A stretch of 64,000 bases of DNA from positions 1-64,000 of the forward strand of contig MU626323.1 of NCBI GenBank assembly GCA_025603075.1, read 5' to 3'. Positions 12,244-24,694 of the stretch are shown here, one piece after another (within the stretch, counting starts at the first letter, position 1; every line of letters begins with the position of its first letter). Under the pieces are notes generated by a model that saw only the letters and a list, made by a program, of their open reading frames with translations, was not told where the DNA came from and did not search any database. The position numbers and the translations under genes are program-made. Origin of the DNA: Neoconidiobolus thromboides FSU 785. Its lineage: Eukaryota; Fungi; Entomophthoromycota.

Positions 12244-13851
12244 ATGTTACCCAAACGTCCAAAATTTACCATTGGAGATGATGAAGATATAACTAGCACA
12301 ATACCTAATCACATAATTGAAATGGAGGATATAACAGATAGCTTACCCACACAATATAATCTCAATAAAGGAGAAGGTATTTTATCTAATTTATTAAGTT
12401 TAAATAGTTTGATGAGTAAAGAAATCTCTCCTTCAATATCTCTTCCATCCACACCAAAAAAAAACAAATCGTTTATTCAAGATATTAAACAATATAATGA
12501 AAAATTACAAAGGAATAGTAATAGTTATAAATCCTTGAATCAATTTTTCGGGATTCAAACAATTGAAGATGGGAATTATCAAATTAAAATCAAAAAAGTA
12601 ACAGCAGCTATTGAAAGTTTATTAAATCGACAAAAGTTTTTAATTAAATGTGGGCAATGCTTTATTCAGTATGGAGCACCTTCTCATCGATTAGAATCTA
12701 ATTTAAAATCAATAGCTAATGTATTAGATTTAAATGCTTCCTTTTTTTATTTGCCTAATTTAATACTTATCTGCTTTCATGACTCAATAACTCACACTTC
12801 TGAAACTCATTTAATTACAATGAGTTATGGTTATAACATGGACAAATTAAATCGTACACTTTTAATTTATAATCAAGTTATAAAAGATGAAATCGAATTA
12901 TCGGAGGCAATTAATGAATTGGATATTATTGTTAATAGTAAAAATTGCTATCCACCAATATTAGAAGTATTAGCTTATGGTATAGGTTCATTTGCTCTAT
13001 CTCCTATTGCATTTCAGGGTAATTGGGTAGATGCAGGTGTCTCCTTTTTACTAGGTATAATAGTTGGATTAATGTCTTATCTTTGTCAACATATTCATAG
13101 TTATTCTAATGTATTAGAATTAACTAGTGCTATCATTGTATCTTTTATAGCCTGTTGTTTAAATCAATATTGTTCTTTTTGGTCAGTTGTAATACCAGCT
13201 ATATTTAATATATTACCTGGTCTTTCATTAACTATTGGTATGGTTGAATTAGCTTCAAAAAATATCATTTGTGGTACTGTTCGTATATTTTATGCTTTAT
13301 TAATCGCTTTTATGTTGGGCTTTGGACTTTCTTTAGGTACCAGATTGTATTTGTTAATTGATCCAACAATTAATATAATGCAAAGATCTACTGAGTATTT
13401 AGTTAATCCTTGGTTTTATTTAATATTATTTCCATTAGCTTCCTTATCATTTAATATGTATTTATTATCTCATCCCAAACAATGGTTTTCAATGGCAATT
13501 ATTAGTTTAATTCCCTTTTTAATTTCTTATTTTTGTACTCCTTATATTAAAGCATATGAACTTATTCCAGCTTTATCCGGGTTTTCAGTTGGGTTAGTAA
13601 GTAATTTATATGCTCGATTTGGAAATCATTTATTACCTATTGCTCCATTGTTAAGTTCTATTCTATTAATTGTACCAGGTTCTTTAGGTGTTAAAGGCTC
13701 TTCTGCTTTTTTTGAACAAAATTCTCAAGATGGTGCTAATTTTGCTTTACAAATGATAATTATTAGTTTATCTATTACAATGGGTTTATTAATATCTACA
13801 GTTATCGTTTTTCCTAATGGTAGAAGAAGGAGTACTTTAATGACTATTTAA
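12244..13851 (+). CDS. Prm10-like threonine/serine exporter (ThrE/DUF1212) membrane protein, intronless
   Basis: 535-aa ORF with YGAPSHRLE motif, ILPGLSLT and IVPGSLGVKG, and about 10 hydrophobic segments. Confidence 0.85.
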   Translation: MLPKRPKFTIGDDEDITSTIPNHIIEMEDITDSLPTQYNLNKGEGILSNLLSLNSLMSKEISPSISLPSTPKKNKSFIQDIKQYNEKLQRNSNSYKSLNQFFGIQTIEDGNYQIKIKKVTAAIESLLNRQKFLIKCGQCFIQYGAPSHRLESNLKSIANVLDLNASFFYLPNLILICFHDSITHTSETHLITMSYGYNMDKLNRTLLIYNQVIKDEIELSEAINELDIIVNSKNCYPPILEVLAYGIGSFALSPIAFQGNWVDAGVSFLLGIIVGLMSYLCQHIHSYSNVLELTSAIIVSFIACCLNQYCSFWSVVIPAIFNILPGLSLTIGMVELASKNIICGTVRIFYALLIAFMLGFGLSLGTRLYLLIDPTINIMQRSTEYLVNPWFYLILFPLASLSFNMYLLSHPKQWFSMAIISLIPFLISYFCTPYIKAYELIPALSGFSVGLVSNLYARFGNHLLPIAPLLSSILLIVPGSLGVKGSSAFFEQNSQDGANFALQMIIISLSITMGLLISTVIVFPNGRRRSTLMTI

Positions 13852-13962
13852 CCAATATAATGATAGTATCTAGATGATGAAAAATGATTTTATAAAGTTG
13901 ATTTAATTAATATATAATAATATAATAATAATATAATGATATATTTATTTCAATTTCATCTT

Positions 13963-16429
13963 TTAAAGTTTGCTATTTTTATCTTGAATTTCCCAATATA
14001 AACCCTAAATTATTTAATTAACATCAATCCACAATTCCTTGTAATAATAAACTTACCTCCTCCGCAGGAGCAGGGTCAATAATAACATTAATAATCGCTA
14101 ATTGATTTCCTTTTATTGCTTTCTCCAAAGCCAAATTCAAATCTTCCTTATTATCTACAGTAACTCCATAAGCTTTGTTAGGAACCAATTTGGCAATATG
14201 ATGATATTCTGTTGATGGAGATAAAGCAAAAGAAGGTATTTTTGATTTGTCTAAGTTAGATAAATCCGATAATCCGGAATAAATACCAGAGTTATTAATT
14301 ATTATAAAGATAATGGGTAAATTATATCTCAAACAAGTTTCAACATCCAAGGCACTGAAGCCAAAGGCACTATCTCCCATAATAGCTATTACTTTCTTTT
14401 CTGGATAAACTAATTGTGCTAATGTAATAATATATTGTTTTATTATTATGTCATTAAAGTATACTATTAAATTTACCAGTAATAGCATAGCCCACCCCTA
14501 CACCCATTACCCCTAAAGTACCAGCATCTAATCGATGTCTAGGTAATTTCGAAGGTATCAAAACTCTAGTAACATCCATTGTTCTAGCCCCTTCAGATAT
14601 CAAACAACAATCTAAGTCATTTAAATGATGCTGAACTACTTTCAGCGCTTGATGATGATTCATTAATAATTTGTTTGATTTGAATTTGGATTCTAATCGT
14701 TGATTGTTTTTAATACTTAACTGTTGTATTTGATTTAAAAACTCTTTAGAGCTGTTATTGACTTTCAATTTTAAATTCATTTGTTTTATGATTGTTTGTA
14801 TATGACCAACTAAACAAATATCGGGTATTTTACTTTTACCCATTTCTTCAGCATTGATATCAATTTGTATGAGCTTAGCCAATGGTTGAAATTGTCTTCC
14901 GTATTGAAACATCCAATTTAACCTATACATTATGTTATATTATATTATTACTATTTAATTTGTTACTATCTATAATTACCTTGCTCCAATAACTAAAATA
15001 ACATCCGCATTTTTGATAGCAAAACTTCTTGCTGATGAAGCACAATTAGGGTGATCATCAGATAAAATACCTTTACCCTATTAAAATAAAACGTTAGTAA
15101 TTTATATGCTATAATAGCATTATTGTAATGTTATTACCATTGGTGAAGTAATAAAAGGTAATTGACTATTTTCAATAAAGTATTGAATTTCTTTTTCACT
15201 TTGTGAATAAGCTGCTCTAATTTAAGTAATATCAATATTAATATTTATCCGTCATCATTATCGCTATTAATTATTTTACCCTTTCCCAAGTATAACTAAA
15301 GGTTTTTTGGCTTCGGATAATAATTTAATAGCTAATTCAATCTGTTCTTCATTTCCAGCAATTGTATATAATTTGTTTAATTTTGGATAATTCAAGATTT
15401 CTTTTTCTTTAATTATCCCTTTAATCAAATCCGCTGGCTAAATATAAAATAACAAATAAATGAATAAAATTGTTATTGTTATTAACTTACTAAATCAATA
15501 TAACTTGTACCAGGTTGACCAACAGTAGTGATATTAAATGCTCTATCCACTACTTCAGGTATATGCTGAATACTATTTGGTCGATCCGAATATCTGTTAT
15601 CATTATTAATTTATTATCTTAATATTATTATTAGTAATATTAATTAATTACTTAGTATATTGTTTGCAAGCAAATACTTGATCTAATTCTTGAAATGCAC
15701 CCATACCAACCTAAATAATTCAATATTGAATAAAAGTTAGCTTTGTTTTATCTTAATTTACCTGATTTCTTTCACAAGATCCACCAATTAATATTAATGG
15801 CTATAATAATATATTAGCATCTGTCACTATAAAATTAGTATTATTTTTACCCAACAATTCGCTTGTGCATTAAACAATCCTGACAAAGCTAAAAAAAAAT
15901 TCATCAATAATCCCACTTTTAAACTTTTTATTTAAAAGTCTATCACTTACCATGCACAACTCCAGGACCTGAAACTACTAAACATACCTATTCATTGTAA
16001 ATAGATTATCATTTGTTCTCAACTCTTTTTGTTGTTGGATATTTTATAAATTAAAATCTTTCACTTACTCCCACTTTCCCAGTTAAGTAGCCATAAGCCC
16101 CAGCAGCATAAGATGCTGTTTGTTCATTTCTACATCCAATGAATTGAATGCCTTCCGAAATACATGCTTCAGCTACCTAAATAAAAAATATTAGCATATT
16201 TCAAAGCAAAAGTCTTAAATTCAAATATCATGTTCCCATAGCTTTTTGTCTTTATTTTTTAAATATAATAGAGTAGTGGAAGCAAAATTCAACTTACTTC
16301 TACTACAGGTATACCAACGATACCAAACATTACTTCAACTCCTTTAGTTTTTAAACATTTGGCTAATACTTTAGCTCCATTAATATCTCCAAGTTGTAAA
16401 TTGATTTTCTGGTTTGGTATATTGACCAT
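13963..16429 (-). CDS. HACL1: 2-hydroxyacyl-CoA lyase (TPP-dependent), peroxisomal; multi-exon
   Basis: [60 protein letters not shown] motif; the last intron gives the terminus [13 protein letters not shown] (PTS1). Confidence 0.9.
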
Positions 16430-16814
16430 AATTGATAATTAACTATTGTTTCAAATAATACTAAGAATAATAAACTGTTTTAAAAATTTTGAGATATAAA
16501 AATTTATTTTTATTTTTTGTTATTTTTATTGTATTATTTCAATTTTAAAGATGACATCACATTTGAATAAAATGGTGTGTCTTTAGTTATGATTCTTGTT
16601 TTTAATTGAATTTTCATTAATTTTGGCTCATTTTTCATTTAGTTCAAATTTATTAAATGAATTTCCATATTAAAATAGAAATTGTTTAATTTATTTGCTG
16701 AAATTTAAATTACAAATAAATTCATTTAGTTAGTTTTATAATAAGTCATTTATACAATTTCATAAACCATACTTGTTATTTTATTGACAACTTTAATATT
16801 TTATAAAAACATTA

Positions 16815-16909
16815 AGGATGTTTTTTTGGCTTTATCACTTTTTCTCTTTTTAAGTACTATTTGAGCAGAAAGATTGTTAGTAAAATTCTCAAACAAAAAA
16901 CACATCTCT
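16815..16909 (-). mobile_element. MITE copy 7 (diverged)
   Basis: Reverse copy with eroded TIRs (AGGATG...CATCTCT). Confidence 0.7.
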
Positions 16910-17156
16910 AATATGGATTCATTTTTTATAGATTTCTAAAACATTTGAAATTTCAAATGCTTCAATTATTCAAAATTTCAAAACTTCATCAAAACTTATC
17001 ACTCCAAAACGTAATCTTAAGCCCAAATAAAGTAATTTAAATAGCCTTACAACCTCTAAAGCAAAAAAAGAATCATGTTTATCAATTGAATTTAGAATTC
17101 ATTAAGTTTTACGTCATAAAAACATCCTCAACGTATATATTCAGTATAAAGTTCTA

Positions 17157-18842
17157 ATGCTTTCCCTTTTCAATAAAGTAATGAATCGACCAAAAAGTAA
17201 CAATTCCATTTCCTCTTGGACCGATATCAGTTCAGTAGCTCCTAAATTTTATTATAAACAAGTAGATGAACGTTTAGATCCAAGTCAATATCAAGGTAAT
17301 TATCCTCCAAACATACCAACGCTACATTACTATATGTGTTATGAAGAACAGCAGGGCAACGATAATAATTCAAATGAATATACATTAAAAAAATCAGGAG
17401 TGAATAACAATAATAATAATCCATTTATTGGAGATAATAATAGTGATGCTATTTATAACCCATCGGATGGAGCTATGAATAATAATAATAATAATAATCC
17501 ACCTTCTATGCCAACGCCACAAATAGATACTATTATTCAAAAGGATAATAATTTAATATCAATGCCATTTCCACAAACTAATAACAATAATAATAACCCA
17601 CAGCAACAACCTAACCCACCCTCAATAACTATGCCCATTCCACAAATGGATCTACCAAATAACAATCCATTATCCAATAATCCACCAACAATGACAATGC
17701 CAACCCCATGGCAAGATAGTGAACATGGTAATTATTCCCATACACAACCTGCGCCTATGCAAGCTTCCAATTTTGTCCCCATGCCACAGCCTGAGCATCA
17801 AGATGAATTTATAGCACCCCCCCAACTACCACCAGTTAACCCTAATAGCTTTCAAGAACCACCAAGTTTAACACCTGTACCACAACATGCTCCATTGCCT
17901 CCAGGGGCACCTAATGTAGTTCAAGTATCTAATTTTACAGGACGAAAAAAGGCATTATTAATCGGTATTAATTATATACAAACTAAGTTTGAGTTAAAGG
18001 GGTGTATTAATGATGTTAAAAATATACAGCGGTTTTTAACCTCAAGTTATCAATTTCCATTAGAAGGTATGGTTTTATTAACAGATGATCAACGACATAA
18101 CCCATCTAGATTACCAACGAAACAAAATATACTATCAGCTATGAGATGGTTAACAGATGGTGCAAGAGCTAACGATTCTTTGTTTTTCCATTTTTCAGGT
18201 CATGGAAGTCAAACACCGGATTTAGATGGAGATGAAGAAGATGGATTTGATGAAACTATTTGTCCATTGGATTTTCAACAACAAGGGCAAATTACGGATG
18301 ATGAAATGAATCTAATATTAGTACAACCTTTGCCTCAAGGTTGTAGATTAACTGCTGTATTCGATTGTTGTCATTCAGGTACGGCCTTGGATTTACCCTA
18401 TATTTATTCATCTTCCGGAAAATTAAAATCGTTTAATCCAGCTAAATCAGCATTCAATACTTTAGTGAGTATTGGTACTAAAACTCAAATGGGGGATTTA
18501 GTAGGAGCCATGATGAGTCTAAAAGACGGAGTGAATAGTGTAATGCATGGTCACAAAAGAGAAAAACAAAAACAAGAATTAAAGGGTGGATTAGCGGATG
18601 TGATTATGTTTTCAGGGTGTAAAGATGAACAAACTTCAGCTGATGTTAATGATGTCGATTTAGGTAATACGGGCGCTATGTCAATGGCTTTAATCACCGC
18701 TTTATATAGAAGATCTTATAATTTAAGTTATATTGATTTATTACATCAAATTCGTACGATTTTAGCTGAGAAAAAATATACTCAAATTCCTCAATTATCA
18801 ACGGCTAGGCCTATGGACATGAATTCTATCTTTCGCATGTAA
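17157..18842 (+). CDS. MCA1: Metacaspase (type I) with long Asn/Pro-rich N-terminus, intronless
   Basis: RKKALLIGINY, LKGCINDV, catalytic dyad FHFSGHG and DCCHSG, SGCKDEQTSAD, QIPQLS. Confidence 0.92.
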   Translation: MLSLFNKVMNRPKSNNSISSWTDISSVAPKFYYKQVDERLDPSQYQGNYPPNIPTLHYYMCYEEQQGNDNNSNEYTLKKSGVNNNNNNPFIGDNNSDAIYNPSDGAMNNNNNNNPPSMPTPQIDTIIQKDNNLISMPFPQTNNNNNNPQQQPNPPSITMPIPQMDLPNNNPLSNNPPTMTMPTPWQDSEHGNYSHTQPAPMQASNFVPMPQPEHQDEFIAPPQLPPVNPNSFQEPPSLTPVPQHAPLPPGAPNVVQVSNFTGRKKALLIGINYIQTKFELKGCINDVKNIQRFLTSSYQFPLEGMVLLTDDQRHNPSRLPTKQNILSAMRWLTDGARANDSLFFHFSGHGSQTPDLDGDEEDGFDETICPLDFQQQGQITDDEMNLILVQPLPQGCRLTAVFDCCHSGTALDLPYIYSSSGKLKSFNPAKSAFNTLVSIGTKTQMGDLVGAMMSLKDGVNSVMHGHKREKQKQELKGGLADVIMFSGCKDEQTSADVNDVDLGNTGAMSMALITALYRRSYNLSYIDLLHQIRTILAEKKYTQIPQLSTARPMDMNSIFRM

Positions 18843-18984
18843 AATAACTAACTATCTTTATGTAGATAATAGATTATTATTATTATTATTATTTAGATTA
18901 AATATTTATTGTACTCTTAATTTTAATTTCATTAAATTATTATTTTTTATATGCTTTATTTATTTATTTATTTTAAAATAAAAA

Positions 18985-21900
18985 TTAATCTTTTTTTCCA
19001 AGGAGCAAAGATCTAAAATCCGAGTTGCTTAATTCTTTCTTTTCTTCTTTTGATAAATTGGCAATTTCACTATTCTCTTCTTGTTTTACTTTCTTAATAT
19101 TTATTTGTCTTTTATACGTTTTTCGATTTGATCTTTTAATATATGGCATATCTTGTTTATTAATCTTCTCAGTTCTAAATAGTACAAATTAATATTTATT
19201 ATTATTAACTAAAATTCCACATACTCATTATTAACTTCTGTGGATTCTTTGGGTTCAATATTTTGTCTAACAATATTTAATGATCAGTTGATTATAATAA
19301 TAATAAAGCTTACTTTTTGTTTTTACCTTGAGTAGGATCTGCAATTGATACAGTAATTGGGTGACCTTCAATAATGGTGCTATTTAAGCTTAATGCTTGA
19401 TTACTAAATTCCTATTAAACAATACATTAACTATTAACTTATTATTTATTATTTATTAAAATTACTTCTTCATCAAAATGAACAAAACAAATTCCTTTAA
19501 ATAACCCATTAAAATCCTTAATCATATTAATATCTTTAATTGCACCAAACTAAATTCAATTTTAAATTAACAAATTCATTTTCAACTATTATTGTTATTA
19601 ATTTACTTGTTTGAATAAATTTAATATATCTTGTTGGGTGTATGTTTTTGGTAGATTACTCACAAATAATTTACATGGATTAATATTTAAATCCCTAAAA
19701 ACAGTACTAATTTTAATAAGCTTATAAAATAATATTAATATTAATATCACTTTGCTGGTCTTTTTTGATTTTCTTTTTTAGAAGACGATAACCGAACTGA
19801 TAGTTCCATACCATTATCTAATTTATACCCATTTAATTCAAGTGAAGCTTCTGTTTCTTCCTAAAAAACCAATTTTTTATTAATTAAATACTTTATGATT
19901 TTTATTAGATTTACTTTGGTTTCAAATTGAACATAAGCAAAATTTCTCTCTTTTCTAGCTGGTGAGGTTGGTTTACGAACTTCTACTATTTTACCATACT
20001 AAAATTTAAACTCATTATTTATTTTCTATTAGCCTATAATTTTATTACTTTAGAAAATAGATCATGAAGATATTCTCTTGTAAGATCTCTAAAGTTACAT
20101 ACAAACACAGTTGTTTCTTCATTCCTCCTATTTATTTCTTCTTGACTTAAATTTTTTGTCGGTAATTTCGGACTTTCGTTAAATAATTAAATACAGTTGG
20201 ATAAGCATAAATAAATAAATTTACTCGTTATTGTTATATTCATAGCCTTTATCTACAAATTTATCAAACACTAAATTTTTAATATTCAGTATAGTGGTTC
20301 AATTATTACCTTGTCTTAGTTCACTCTTATCATCGTTCAACTTATCATTTTGATTGTCTTCGTTATTATCACTTTGATCTTTTTCATTATGATCTTTATT
20401 TTTAGCACGCTTTTTGGCCTTAATAAATTAATAAGAATAATTCAATATAAGCAAATATTCTTTTACTTTATTGGCACGATCTCTAACTCTAGCTCTTTCT
20501 TTTTTAGCTTCATTCAATTGTTCTCCAGCAGTTTGATGTATTAAACTTTCTTGATATTGTTCATTTATTTTAGTTCTTTGGCGTGCAATTGTAAACATGA
20601 TATCAATATCACTATCTTCAAAATTATAAATACGAACATAGTCTTCCCAAGCTTGTAAAATATACTCTGGGTAATCTGTTGTTGTTTGTATAGCTTTCTT
20701 AAATAAAAATAATATTTTGGATATATCCCCATACCGACTATTTAATTGTTAAAGTTTTTTTAAAATTTATGATACTTATCATATTTATTACCTTTCAAAA
20801 TCAATTTGTTTTACCCAATATGTTGCTTCATTCTTTTTTGTTTTCATTATTTTGGTCCATATTTTACGTGCTCCAGCAATATCTCTAAAATAAATAACCT
20901 CTATATTAGCCCATAAAAGTAATACTTTGCATTCTGGGTCCCCAACTGAAGTTACTAAATTTAATATTTAATGTTTATAGTTTATATACAAATTACATTG
21001 ATTTAATGTTTCAACCGTATCTTTGAACATATTATTTATAGTCTCATGAATTGTCTCATCTACTTCAGTAGTAACGGTTGGTAATAATTTTCTTCTATAA
21101 ATTGCAATTCTTTCCAATAAAAGCTTTAAAAATTCTTCTGGGTTACTTTGAATTAAATTGATTCCTAAAGCATGGCTATAAAATGCTAAGATATTAGTTA
21201 ACAAGTGTTAAATAATTAACATTATAATTATATATTACCATCAATACTTCCTAAATCTAATGTGTTTTCCTAGTAAAATTGATGAATAAAATCCAGACTT
21301 ATATATTCATGAACTTAAATTACCATCGAACGAAGATAACCAGCCCATAAAGTACCTGACCAATTACAATTACGGATACTTTGATAACATGCTTTTACAA
21401 AATTTTCATTATCTTTCATATCAACTGCCTGTAAAAATTGTTATTTAATATTATAGTTTGAATTATTAAGTTTACTAAATAAGCTAAATAAGCTTCCCAT
21501 AATTGTATTTGCAATGGATGTTTTGCAATAACCCTTTGGTATAATATTTTTAATAAATTGTTATCATATTTTGATTTTAACCTTGATTTTTGTCCAAGTT
21601 CATACTTAATATATTCAGTGTACACTTCTAAAGAATGAGTATCTTTCTAATTAAAATATTAACCAAATGATTGTAATTCAATGCTATGAATTTACTAATT
21701 TCTCTTCAAAGGGTTCTCTATCTAGCAATTCTTTAAGCGAAGTTGAATAATTTGAGTTTGCGCTCTTCATCATAGCTTCGTATTGTTGTGGATAATACTT
21801 TGATACAAATTGAGAGTAAGCCTCAAAATTTTCTGTAATATCTAACATAACATTAGATGACTTTAGCCTAAAAATCCATAACTATACCTACTTTTATGCG

Positions 21901-22785
21901 GGATTAAAAATCGAGCTACATAAAGCGAATTTATATATTGTTTTTGTTCATCACTACTATTTTATGTTATTATTTCCATTGATTAACTTTATGCTTCCAA
22001 TTACCTAGTCTCTTTCTACAAAATCTATTAGTTGTTTTACTAATATTTTAGTTAAAATTACCTCAAGTATACTCAACTCAAACTCAAGTATACCATCCCA
22101 TATTAAATGACCCTAAATGACTTTTAATACATAAGACTAATTTACAAGTGAAACTTACTTCGGCTATATGATAATCTGTCGCGTTTATGGCTCTATTAAA
22201 CACTTCTCTTACTTGGTTTAAACTGAATAGTTCCGAATCAAGTGCTTCTTCCATTTTATCATTTTCGTGGTCAAAATTATTAACCATAAAATCAAGATAA
22301 AGTTTCCAAACTCCAATCACTAATAATGTTAAACTATGCTAATATAGACCACTATTTTTATTACTTAAATAATCATCGGTTGCTTTGTCAAAAAGAGTAA
22401 TCACATTTTCCTTTTCTTTTTTTGTAAAGCTTAAATTAATCTCATCATTTAACCATTCGATCCATAAATCTATTTATTAAATTATAATCTAATAATAACA
22501 AAATATTACTTTCATCTAATGGAAACAAATTAGACATATTTTTTCTAGCCTCATTTAATTCATCATAATTATTTTGTGCTTTAGCTTCTGTTATTAATTT
22601 TAAATGTAATTCATATTGATAACTGTTTTTTTCAAGCTAATGAAAGTCAATAAATTTAAAAAAATATTGAGTATGATTACTTCTAACTTTATAGCATCCA
22701 AAGCTTCATTTGGATCATTCTTATCTAAATCATCCACAAGATCATCGATATTACTTGAATTATCATCGCTTGATTTTTGACTCAT
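18985..22785 (-). CDS. SART3: SART3/Prp24 U4/U6 recycling factor (HAT repeats plus RRMs), many exons
   Basis: HAT-like segments (VWKLYLDF, LWEAYLAY, AWEDYVRI), RRM motifs (FAYVQF, GICFVHF) and a C-terminal LSm-binding SNSDFRSLLL motif. Confidence 0.8.
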
Positions 22786-22975
22786 TTTTAAAAAAAATAA
22801 AATATTGAATTCAATTTTTTAAATTTTAAATTAAGTTTAAATTATTACGTCAAAGATAAATCATTGCTAAAATTCCAACTCATTATTATAATTTCATTGT
22901 AGTCTATAATAGTTGAAAACAAGACAATCCAATAAATGAACACTAATTTTAATGAATTTACTACTATTATTTACT

Positions 22976-23532
22976 TTATTTCCACAGCTTATCCCCATCC
23001 TCTAATACTTCTTTTTTCCAAATGGGCACCTTGACCTTAATCTGATCAATAAGGAATTGACACGCTTTTAATCCCAGCTCTCTATGCGGAGTAGAAACAG
23101 CAATTAAAATGGATTCTTCTTTGATACCTACTTTACCCAATCGATGGACTACAATAATTTTTTTAACTTTATTTTCTAACATTTGAACTTGGTCACTTGA
23201 CGAAGAACAACAAGATGAAGGTTTTACAAAGTTACTATATTCTTCGATCGCCTGAAGGCATAATTTATTCATCTCTTTTATCGCCATTTCTCTATAGCTT
23301 GTGTATTCTAAATTTAAGACATTTTTACCTGATAAAAAAGGTTTATTAGCCAAGTTATTATATGTAGTTAAAAAACAATACCATCAAAGTTATCCCTTGT
23401 AGTACCTATAAAAGAAGATATAGCACCAGCTTTAGGATGCTTTGCCCACTCTAAGCAACTAGCTACATCGATTGGGCTGTATGTTAATATTAATTTAATA
23501 ATTTCTGTTTCATATATTATATCTTCCATCAT
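22976..23532 (-). CDS. MOCS2: Molybdopterin synthase catalytic subunit (MoaE/MOCS2B), 2 exons
   Basis: AGAISSFIGTTRDNF, LEYTSY, HRLGKVGIKEESILIAVSTPHR, VPIWKKE. Confidence 0.9.
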
Positions 23533-23699
23533 TTTTTAAGTATATGATATAATTCTATTTTGAGATTATTAACAATAAAATTTAAAAAATGGTCCAATGA
23601 AATTCACTATTTTAAGGCATTCAATAAAATTTCAAATGTAATGACCTAATCCAAAACTAAAAATTTCAAACCTTAAACTTTTAAATTTATATTCTAAAA

Positions 23700-24170
23700 A
23701 TGTTTACTGGAAATTCTAATCAATCTTTACCACCACAACCTGCTCCTTTAACTACTCCAATCCCTGAATCTAGTTTATCAAAGCATGATGGATCTAATGA
23801 AGGTTTACCTATCTACGTAGTCATTAAAGGCGACGTATTTGATGTATCTGGTAACCCATCCTCTTATGGACCTGGTGGAGGTTATCATATATTCGCTGGA
23901 AAAGACGCTTCTTATGTAAGTTATCATCAATAACAGAATAAGGGTTATTTAAGTTTATATAATATTTATTAGGCTTTAGCCACCAGTTCATTAAATCCAG
24001 AAGATTGTCATTCAGATATAAGTAACATTGATGAAGAAGCAGTAAGTTCAATAATATATTTCTTAATTTTAAATATTAATTTTATTTCTCTGTAGACTAA
24101 TACATTAAATAACTGGCACTCCTTTTTCTCAAAAAGATATCCAATTGTTGGTAAAGTTGTTAAAGGATAA
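23700..24170 (+). CDS. Cytochrome b5-like heme/steroid-binding (MAPR-type) protein, 3 exons, no TM anchor
   Basis: HDGS..PIYVVIKGDVFDVS..YGPGGGYHIFAGKDAS, ALATSSL..ED, NWHSFFSKRYPIVGK. Confidence 0.85.
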
Positions 24171-24694
24171 AGTAAAATAAAGTATTATTAAAATCTGTTT
24201 AAAATGAAGTATTTTTTTAAAGTGTCGATATTTATTTTTTTAGTGTTTTTGTATTTTTTAAAGTTATAAACTACCAATAATTTTTACACCTTTTTATAGT
24301 CTATTAGCTTAAACCTACTATCAGTTTCGAAATAAAGTTTAAGCTATTTGGAATCATAACACTTAAGTCTTTTACCATTCTCATACTATCATTATTTATT
24401 GCTATTATAATATTATTATTTAAACCATAGTAAAAACAAAAAAGCATGATCAATTATAAAATCAACCAATGAAAGCAAAGAAGAGATCAATTTTCTAAAG
24501 CAAAGTGCAAAAAATAGTTTAAAGGGGCGAGAATTTTGAAGCAAAACTAGGTTCCTTTTTATATATTTTATTAAGTAATTTTTTGACTATTTGATTTTTT
24601 TAAGAGAGATATTTTGATAAAATGTTTAAAATTAAATGTGAATTAAACCAATATTAAAATTTTAACCTAAAGGTGATTAAATAAACTAGGCAGT

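Noticed and set aside
17215-17320. WW-domain-like spacing (W..FYY) in the metacaspase N-terminus
   Set aside because: The second Trp/Pro half of the motif is missing or misplaced; too weak to call.
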